Virus record (IMG/VR): IMGVR_UViG_3300023174_003901 | Location: 64,001 to 128,000 of that record | DNA from: a virus | Lineage: Duplodnaviria > Caudoviricetes | DNA length: 64,000 nucleotides | Direction: 5' to 3' (one strand) | Part shown: piece by piece, positions 38,224 through 43,629 of the stretch | Position numbering within the stretch: the stretch's first letter is position 1 | Layout of the letters: the number at the start of each line of letters is the position of its first letter | Notes under the pieces: generated by a model | Seen by the model: only the letters and a program-made list of their open reading frames with translations | Told to the model about the DNA's origin: nothing | Database searches by the model: none | Translations under genes and position numbers: made by a program

Positions 38224-38230
38224 GGTTGTT

Positions 38231-38707
38231 CTATGCTGCCTTGCTCAGTACCCAGTCAAGTCTGTCTGCGGCATAACTTGCGGCAAACGCTCGAGGTTTG
38301 ACCATGGGGATCACATTGCAAGTGCCTTTGATGTAGCCAATGGCTTGATTGACCACTATACTAGACTTGTGCATTTGATCAGGGTTAATGTCAAGGTGAA
38401 CTTCTACTAGTCGATCTTCCAGCACATCTGCCAGGCGCTGAAACAATTCACTTACCTTGTACACTTCGTTCATGAGTCTCATGCTGGGTCTATCGCTACG
38501 TTGATCCCAGTCTTGTTCTCTCACAACTTCTCCAAAGATTTTGCAACCATGGCAACTGTCAATGTGTACCACAACGGCCAGAGCATAGTCAGCGTACCAA
38601 CGTCCATTGACTTTGACACGTTCACTATCACAGCCGAGGTAAACAGCAGTTTCTGGACTTTGTGCATCAATATAGGCTTTGACTTGGTCTAGATCAAGTT
38701 TTTTCAT
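38231..38707 (-). CDS. RNase H-like YkuK (DUF458) family protein
   Basis: YLGCDS..EVHLDIN..KP.AFAASYAAD. Confidence 0.75.
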   Translation of the reverse strand: MKKLDLDQVKAYIDAQSPETAVYLGCDSERVKVNGRWYADYALAVVVHIDSCHGCKIFGEVVREQDWDQRSDRPSMRLMNEVYKVSELFQRLADVLEDRLVEVHLDINPDQMHKSSIVVNQAIGYIKGTCNVIPMVKPRAFAASYAADRLDWVLSKAA

Positions 38708-38731
38708 ATTTGCTTTCTTTTATTTATAGAG

Positions 38732-38806
38732 TGGTCCGGCTAGCAGGAATCGAACCCACATTCATCGGGTAGAAGCCGACGGTATTATCCATTATACTAT
38801 AGCCAG
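38732..38806 (-). tRNA. tRNA-Arg(UCU)
   Basis: Cloverleaf, CCA. Confidence 0.9.
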
Positions 38807-38972
38807 AATAAATAGGATTATGAGATTTGACAACGAACACGGCATTGAAGCATTGTACCAAGTGGCTGCCGAGGGGGTGTATCAAGAACACTGGTTCTCT
38901 ACTGTACGCAGAGACTTTGTGATTGATCCTCAGTTGATAAATCCCCTACGTGAATTTTGTTTAGACACTACA

Positions 38973-39056
38973 TGGTGCAAGCACCCGGAGTCGAACCGGG
39001 ATGCCATAAGCGGTGAATTTTAAGTCCACTGGGTCTGCCGATTCCCCCATGCTTGC
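38973..39056 (-). tRNA. tRNA-Leu(UAA)
   Basis: Variable arm, CCA. Confidence 0.9.
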
Positions 39057-39059
39057 AAT

Positions 39060-39135
39060 TGGTCTCCGATGAGAGATTTGAACTCCCGCTTCATGGTCCC
39101 AAACCACGGGTACTGCCAGGCTATACTAATCGGAG
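39060..39135 (-). tRNA. tRNA-Pro(UGG)
   Basis: Cloverleaf, CCA. Confidence 0.9.
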
Positions 39136-39374
39136 TTGATTCTTTGCTTGATCCACATGCCAAACAACGTGCCACAGTAGGCACCTAGCAGGGCTGGAAT
39201 CAAGGCCCAATGATCTGCTGTGTAGTTGATCACCGCCACACTGGCAGTAAAGGTCACTGCTACTGACCACCATGCGGCCATCATTGGGCGATTGTCTTGT
39301 ATTGATCTCACAAAGTATACGTAGATCAAGTCAGTGGCAAATACTGCAAAAAAAGTCACAACATAATCTAGCAT
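39126..39374 (-). CDS. Small membrane protein
   Basis: 82 aa, three hydrophobic segments; last 10 nt overlap tRNA-Pro 5' end. Confidence 0.65.
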   Translation of the reverse strand: MLDYVVTFFAVFATDLIYVYFVRSIQDNRPMMAAWWSVAVTFTASVAVINYTADHWALIPALLGAYCGTLFGMWIKQRINSD

Positions 39375-39388
39375 ACAAACTTTCTAGA

Positions 39389-39462
39389 TGGTGCCCCTAG
39401 AGAGAATCGAACTCCCGTCCTCGGATTACAAAACCGATGTTCTGCCATTTAACTATAGGGGC
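39389..39462 (-). tRNA. tRNA-Thr(UGU)
   Basis: Cloverleaf, CCA. Confidence 0.9.
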
Positions 39463-39466
39463 TGAT

Positions 39467-39540
39467 TGGATGCGGGGGACAGATTCGAACTGCCGATGCA
39501 CCTGGCTTATGAGACCGGTGTGGTGACCTCCCTCCCCGCG
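39467..39540 (-). tRNA. tRNA-Met(CAU), initiator-like C1:A72 mismatch, degenerate D-arm
   Basis: CGCGGGG/CCCCGCA, loop CUCAUAA, CCA. Confidence 0.75.
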
Positions 39541-39544
39541 GTAA

Positions 39545-39697
39545 TTAACTTGGAATAATATGTGGAATATACGGAACTGCTCTTGGACCACCGTATTGTT
39601 GTTCAAAAAGTTTTTTAGCCTCTTGCGGTGTTGCCGCATAGATACGCTTCTTTTCTTCACCTTGTGGTGTTCTCACAGTTGTTTCATACATTGGCAT
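39545..39697 (-). CDS. 50-aa hypothetical protein (MPMYETTVRTPQGEEKKRIY..)
   Basis: GGAG RBS; hand-translated; not in ORF track. Confidence 0.7.
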   Translation of the reverse strand: MPMYETTVRTPQGEEKKRIYAATPQEAKKLFEQQYGGPRAVPYIPHIIPS

Positions 39698-39717
39698 ATA
39701 ATTCTCCTAATATAATG

Positions 39718-39937
39718 CTCTGCGTCCCTCGGCGGTAATTATATCGCATCAGAAATTTCGTCAAGTTGCCCCAACTAGTCTATTCATCACGCACGACCTC
39801 CACCCGCTTCCCGACAGGGACCGTTCTCGTATTGCTAACGCCGGTTGAGGCTAGACCGCAGTATTGCTACTGTGAAGATTCAACTCTTCAGAACCGCCCG
39901 TGTGTGTCATCACACTTCTCATCCTCCGGGACCAGAG
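39718..39937 (-). ncRNA. Candidate ~220-nt structured RNA
   Basis: Closing stem cucug-guccc/gggac-g-cagag; hairpins gaaga/ucuuc, cagu-agcaau-acug, aguug/caacu. Confidence 0.55.
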
Positions 39938-39959
39938 TATCCAGTGACGCTGGAACGTT

Positions 39960-40037
39960 TGGAGCACTGGGCTGGATTTGAACCAGCGACTTTACGGATT
40001 TGCAATCCGTTGCATTGGACCTCTCTGCCACCAGTGC
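39960..40037 (-). tRNA. tRNA-Cys(GCA)
   Basis: Cloverleaf, CCA. Confidence 0.9.
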
Positions 40038-40056
40038 GTTGTTTCTATTTACATGT

Positions 40057-40085
40057 ATTATACACAATTATCTATTGTGTGTCAA
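40057..40085 (-). promoter_or_regulatory. sigma70-like promoter inside tRNA array
   Basis: TTGACA-N17-TATAAT. Confidence 0.85.
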
Positions 40086-40159
40086 TGGTACCTCGTGACA
40101 GAATCGAACTGCCGTAACCGCCGTGTAAAGACGGAGTTCTACCATTAAACTAACGAGGC
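40086..40159 (-). tRNA. tRNA-Val(UAC)
   Basis: Cloverleaf, CCA. Confidence 0.9.
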
Positions 40160-40162
40160 AAG

Positions 40163-40250
40163 TGGTGGAGGTAGATGGATTTGAACCACCGAGGCCCCGT
40201 AGGGCGCAGGATTTACAGTCCCGTGCAATCGACCGCTATGCGATACCTCC
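40163..40250 (-). tRNA. tRNA-Tyr(GUA)
   Basis: Variable arm, CCA. Confidence 0.92.
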
Positions 40251-40258
40251 GAATTTTT

Positions 40259-40333
40259 TGGTGGACCGTCCTGGGTTCGAACCGGGGACTGAGGCTTGCA
40301 AAGCCACTGTGTTCCCAACTATACCAACAGCCC
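40259..40333 (-). tRNA. tRNA-Ala(UGC)
   Basis: G3:U70, CCA. Confidence 0.9.
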
Positions 40334-40340
40334 AAATTTT

Positions 40341-40414
40341 TGGCGACTCGTGATGGAATCGAACCACCGCTAGAAGTTTTGGAGACTTCCGCACTGCCAC
40401 TATACTAACGAGCC
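40341..40414 (-). tRNA. tRNA-Trp(CCA)
   Basis: Cloverleaf, CCA. Confidence 0.9.
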
Positions 40415-40420
40415 ATATCT

Positions 40421-40498
40421 TGGTGCCCTAGGAGAGACTCGAACTCTCAAAACCTGGTTTCTAAGACCAGTACGTATACCAAATTCCGTCACCAGGGC
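40421..40498 (-). tRNA. tRNA-Leu(UAG), short variable loop
   Basis: 78 nt, anticodon loop CUUAGAA, CCA. Confidence 0.85.
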
Positions 40499-40508
40499 AA
40501 AACTATCT

Positions 40509-40583
40509 TGGTGGATGAGAGTAGAGTCGAACTACCACTTGACTCCGTATGAAGGAGGCGCACTACCATTATGCTACTCATCC
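40509..40583 (-). tRNA. tRNA with CAU anticodon (elongator Met or Ile2)
   Basis: Loop UUCAUAC, CCA. Confidence 0.8.
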
Positions 40584-40587
40584 AGTT

Positions 40588-40664
40588 TGGGGTGCCTGAT
40601 GGGATTCGAACCCACGCATATCGGAATCACAACCCGAGGTCTTAACCACTTGACGACAAGCACC
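40588..40664 (-). tRNA. tRNA-His(GUG)
   Basis: G-1:C73, CCA. Confidence 0.92.
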
Positions 40665-40765
40665 ATATAGAAACACACTGCTGATATCAGGCTAACGTTA
40701 TGACATATTGGGTTTACTGCCGTATTCCCAGGCTACTCATAAACTCGCCACAATGTGTTTTTATA
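40665..40765 (-). ncRNA. Stem-closed RNA cassette A
   Basis: uauaaaaacacauug/cagugugUuucuaua closing helix exactly filling the gap between tRNA-Lys and tRNA-His. Confidence 0.5.
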
Positions 40766-40955
40766 TGGTAGGACCGCCGAGATTCGAACTCGGGATTGGC
40801 AGATTAAAAGTCTGCTGTGATACCGCTTCACCACGATCCCTTACTTTGCATGATCGACGAACTGCTTTGTTTGTCTTTCGATGGCTACCCGCTTTTCTTT
40901 TCAATGCCAATGCAACGAAGGAGTTACGTTGCTTGACGGTCATCTTGCGTTTCAT
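40761..40955 (-). CDS. Lys/Arg-rich small ORF that reads through tRNA-Lys on the same strand
   Basis: GGAG RBS; MKRKMTVKQR..; stop lies just after the tRNA CCA. Confidence 0.45.
   Translation of the reverse strand: MKRKMTVKQRNSFVALALKRKAGSHRKTNKAVRRSCKVRDRGEAVSQQTFNLPIPSSNLGGPTI
40766..40840 (-). tRNA. tRNA-Lys(UUU)
   Basis: Cloverleaf, CCA. Confidence 0.9.
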
Positions 40956-40973
40956 CGCATTCTCCTTAAAAAT

Positions 40974-41047
40974 TGGTACCCCCGGGAGGTAACGCTCCTC
41001 CGATTGCCGCTTATCAAGCGGCTGTTATACTTTTTAACTAAAGGGGC
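40974..41047 (-). tRNA. tRNA-Ile(GAU)
   Basis: T-loop AGCGUUA, CCA. Confidence 0.85.
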
Positions 41048-41049
41048 GT

Positions 41050-41124
41050 TGGTGCCTTTGTATGGAATTGAACCACAATCGCCGGCTTCGTAGACCAGTG
41101 TATTATCCATTATACTACAAAGGC
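41050..41124 (-). tRNA. tRNA-Arg(ACG)
   Basis: Cloverleaf, CCA. Confidence 0.9.
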
Positions 41125-41128
41125 AAAT

Positions 41129-41204
41129 TGGCTCCCCAGCGTGGGATCGAACCACGGACACCTTGATTAACAGTCAAGTGCAACTACCGCTGTGCTACTG
41201 GGGA
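41129..41204 (-). tRNA. tRNA-Asn(GUU)
   Basis: Cloverleaf, CCA. Confidence 0.92.
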
Positions 41205-41215
41205 ATAAAAAGGGA

Positions 41216-41276
41216 GAAGCCACGGTTGCAGGATCTAGTGCCTTTTGCAAGGGAAGTATCCAGGCGATGTGGCTTC
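41216..41276 (-). ncRNA. Small stem-closed element
   Basis: Perfect 8-bp gaagccac/guggcuuc closing stem. Confidence 0.3.
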
Positions 41277-41285
41277 AAAAAAACT

Positions 41286-41360
41286 TGGCGGTCCCAAGGG
41301 GTAACGATCCCCTTCTTCGAGCGTGACAGGCTCGTGTGCGTCCATGAACACTTTGAGACC
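41286..41360 (-). tRNA. tRNA-Asp(GUC)
   Basis: T-loop AUCGUUA, CCA. Confidence 0.9.
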
Positions 41361-41361
41361 A

Positions 41362-41518
41362 AGATATTATAGTCAAGCACCGAGAATGCCAATTTAGGAG
41401 TCCGGTGCTTCCGTTCCAAAGCCGATGCAGTTATATCAGGATCAGTCGCCGGCCGCTGTGACCCGAATAGTGTTGGCGTCCCAACACGATACCTTATCGA
41501 TGCTTGACTATAACATCT
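41362..41518 (-). ncRNA. Stem-closed RNA cassette D
   Basis: 18-bp closing helix agauguuauagucaagca/ugcuugacuauaauaucu (1 G-U). Confidence 0.55.
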
Positions 41519-41521
41519 AGC

Positions 41522-41591
41522 ATATAAAAACACACTGGACGAGGCGACCCTGTGGCCACAAGTTCCTGCTTATCTCCAGTGTGTTTACATA
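41522..41591 (-). ncRNA. Stem-closed RNA cassette B
   Basis: uauguaaacacacugga/uccagugUguuuuuauau closing helix starting right after tRNA-Glu CCA. Confidence 0.5.
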
Positions 41592-41667
41592 TGGTAGTGG
41601 GTACCGGATTCGAACCGGTGTGAATGCCGTGAAAGGGCACTATCCTAGGCCTCTAGATGAACCCACC
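41592..41667 (-). tRNA. tRNA-Glu(UUC)
   Basis: Cloverleaf, CCA. Confidence 0.92.
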
Positions 41668-41891
41668 ATATGAAAAAACATTTGGGAACCATTGTGGATC
41701 TCTTTCTGCTTGGCTTGCGAGGCCAAGTCACCACGGTCATTACTGCCAGACGATCCGCCGCTTTTCTGGATCTACTTGTTACAGTAGAGAGCCGGCTTCA
41801 TGACTGGTAGTAAGTGGGTACCCGCCGGTACCAATTGGACACTTCTACCAATGCCTCTAACGGGTCTGGTAACCCTAATGTGTTCTCATAT
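41668..41891 (-). ncRNA. Stem-closed RNA cassette C (~224 nt)
   Basis: auaugagaacacauuaggg/cccaaauguuuuuucauau closing helix; internal hairpins gguacc/gguacc, ucuac/guaga, gaucc/ggauc, cuuggc/gccaag. Confidence 0.55.
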
Positions 41892-41976
41892 AGTGCCTGC
41901 GAACAGGACTACATATACGTAATTTTTAAAGATCTCTACAACTGTCTCGATCGACTTTGTTGCTTTGTTAAGTTCT

Positions 41977-42005
41977 ATTGTAGCATCAACCGATTTATTG
42001 GTCAA
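41977..42005 (-). promoter_or_regulatory. sigma70-like promoter inside tRNA array
   Basis: TTGACC-N17-TACAAT. Confidence 0.7.
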
Positions 42006-42037
42006 TGCTGAGTGTTGCGTTTTCACAACAATTGTTT

Positions 42038-42111
42038 TGGCACGGGAACTAGGGCTCGAACCTAGAATGACAGAGTCAAAGTCTGTAGTGTTACCATTAC
42101 ACTATTCCCGA
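42038..42111 (-). tRNA. tRNA-Gln(UUG)
   Basis: Cloverleaf, CCA. Confidence 0.9.
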
Positions 42112-42120
42112 ACAATCCGG

Positions 42121-42209
42121 CGGAAGACGGAGGAGTCGAACCCCATCCGATTTCTCGGAACCTGGTTTTCAAGGCCAGTCGCGGTACCAATACCACTGCA
42201 TCATCTTCC
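42121..42209 (-). tRNA. tRNA-Ser(UGA), 3' end CCG instead of CCA
   Basis: Long variable arm. Confidence 0.85.
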
Positions 42210-42213
42210 AACA

Positions 42214-42297
42214 TGGTACCCTTGGTGAGATTCGAACTCACATATTATACTCCTCTGTTTGAGAGAGGCGACTTTACCAAAATTTGTCCACAAGGGT
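42214..42297 (-). tRNA. tRNA-Leu(CAA)
   Basis: Variable arm, CCA. Confidence 0.88.
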
Positions 42298-42311
42298 CTA
42301 ACACACTGTTG

Positions 42312-42480
42312 CCAATGTGTGTATCGAAACACTCTACATGGATGAACCCACTTGCCTCGCGGCCTGAGAATGCTTCGATACGCTGTAATTTTTCACACTA
42401 GAAGAAGTGCTTCATCCTACAGGCCGCCCATTTGCCGGATGTTTTAAGTGCCCAGCAGGGTCTCGTTCCCTACACACACT
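42312..42480 (-). ncRNA. Candidate ~170-nt structured RNA (cassette E)
   Basis: agugugugua/uacacacauu closing stem; internal 8-bp gcggccug/caggccgc. Confidence 0.5.
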
Positions 42481-42488
42481 TTGCGATG

Positions 42489-42644
42489 TTAACGGTTCTC
42501 TTGGAGAACCTCTCGCTTGCTTCGAGCATTGTCATATGCTTGAGCACGTTCTAACTTCTCTGCAATTATCTTGCGAAGATCTTGTTGAGTTAGGGTGTGC
42601 TGTCGCGTAAACTCTGCTTGCCTTTTTAATTTTGTATCTGTCAT
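42489..42644 (-). CDS. 51-aa basic protein, first gene after the attenuator terminator
   Basis: AAGGA RBS; MTDTKLKRQAEFTRQH..; not in ORF track. Confidence 0.7.
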   Translation of the reverse strand: MTDTKLKRQAEFTRQHTLTQQDLRKIIAEKLERAQAYDNARSKREVLQENR

Positions 42645-42662
42645 TTTCCTTGTTCCAAAAAC

Positions 42663-42692
42663 AAAAAACCCTGGAGTTTTTAGTTCCAGGGT
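42663..42692 (-). terminator. Intrinsic terminator (attenuator)
   Basis: accctgga-N9-tccagggt followed by a T run. Confidence 0.85.
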
Positions 42693-42744
42693 CCTTTGAA
42701 GTCTGAGTATGCGGTTGAACTATACTCTGTCTCCTTGGACCCTG
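42687..42744 (-). promoter_or_regulatory. Antiterminator hairpin spanning the leader stop codon
   Basis: cagggucc(42744-42737)/ggacccug(42694-42687) plus inner gaguau/auacuc; sequesters the terminator 5' arm. Confidence 0.7.
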
Positions 42745-42863
42745 ATTCTATCTAATGTGCGACCATTATTCATGCTCTCAATCGCAAACCACAAGGCGGG
42801 GCAGGTGCCCAGACTTAGCGTCGGCTGATAGAGTGATATGGAATAATGTGCGGAATGTTTCAT
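42720..42863 (-). CDS. 47-aa candidate attenuator leader peptide (MKHSAHYSISLYQPTLSLGTCPALWFAIESMNNGRTLDRIRVQGDRV)
   Basis: Starts right after the promoter; all 20 aa; 41 distinct codons of 47; 3' end overlaps the antiterminator. Confidence 0.7.
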   Translation of the reverse strand: MKHSAHYSISLYQPTLSLGTCPALWFAIESMNNGRTLDRIRVQGDRV

Positions 42864-42872
42864 CTTGTGCTT

Positions 42873-42901
42873 ATTGTATAGGTTTATTTATACCTTGTCA
42901 A
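42873..42901 (-). promoter_or_regulatory. Head-of-array promoter: sigma70-like with nested T4 late TATAAATA
   Basis: TTGACA-N17-TACAAT; TATAAATA at 42892-42885. Confidence 0.8.
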
Positions 42902-42938
42902 CCCCTTGTTTGAGTTTTTATTTATCTTTTGTAAAAAT

Positions 42939-43556
42939 TTACATTGTGGGGCCGTTGCCGGATTTGAATCCAACCACGCCACCTTCTGCTTCGATGTTAC
43001 GAATAACATCTTCAAACAAGATGGGAGTGAAGTCAGTTTGCTCCACGCATACACAATGATATCGGGGATCAATCTCAGTGCTGTACAACACAGTTCCGGT
43101 CTTGGCGTCTACGCCACGTGCCTTCTTAACACGACTGGCATGCAAGTGTCCGTGAATGTTCACACCAAAGCGGCCCAACGAAGCCTCATGCACAGGAATA
43201 TGGCTCAAGATCATGCCGTTCATCACATGGTACGCCCGTAACTCACGAAAGTACTCGCGATATTCGTCATCACGGAAGATGTCATGGTTGCCACGGATCA
43301 ATACCTTGTCACCGTTCAATCTAGACAAGGTCTTCAAGGCCTTGCGGTTGATCACCACGTCACCCAAGTGATACACCTTGTCGTTGGGACCTACACGATC
43401 GTTCCAATTCTTGATCATGGCTTCGTCCATCTCATCAGGATCGGTCCACGGACGCAATTTTACATTGGCGTCATCTGGGTGCGTGAAGCGACAAACACCA
43501 GCGTGTCCGAAGTGCGTGTCACTTGTTAAAAATACTGCTGGCATCATGTTCTCCAT
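42939..43556 (-). CDS. Calcineurin-like metallophosphoesterase
   Basis: SDTHFGH, HLGD, GNHD, HGHLH. Confidence 0.9.
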   Translation of the reverse strand: MENMMPAVFLTSDTHFGHAGVCRFTHPDDANVKLRPWTDPDEMDEAMIKNWNDRVGPNDKVYHLGDVVINRKALKTLSRLNGDKVLIRGNHDIFRDDEYREYFRELRAYHVMNGMILSHIPVHEASLGRFGVNIHGHLHASRVKKARGVDAKTGTVLYSTEIDPRYHCVCVEQTDFTPILFEDVIRNIEAEGGVVGFKSGNGPTM

Positions 43557-43566
43557 CTAATACGTA

Positions 43567-43595
43567 ATTATAGCACATGTGAAGATTTTGGTCAA
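43567..43595 (-). promoter_or_regulatory. sigma70-like promoter
   Basis: TTGACC-N17-TATAAT. Confidence 0.8.
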
Positions 43596-43629
43596 GTAAT
43601 ACTAAAATATTAATTATATCTCAGGAAAA

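Noticed and set aside
38820-39023. Plus-strand 67-aa ORF
   Set aside because: It runs antisense into tRNA-Leu(UAA). A TAAATA precedes it, so a remnant is possible, but support is too weak.
39397-39660. 87-aa ORF from the track
   Set aside because: It overlaps two tRNAs; the RBS-bearing 50-aa ORF 39545..39697 in another frame explains the region better.
39718-39937. RNase P RNA
   Set aside because: Conserved CR-I (GAGGAAAGUCC) and CR-V motifs not found.
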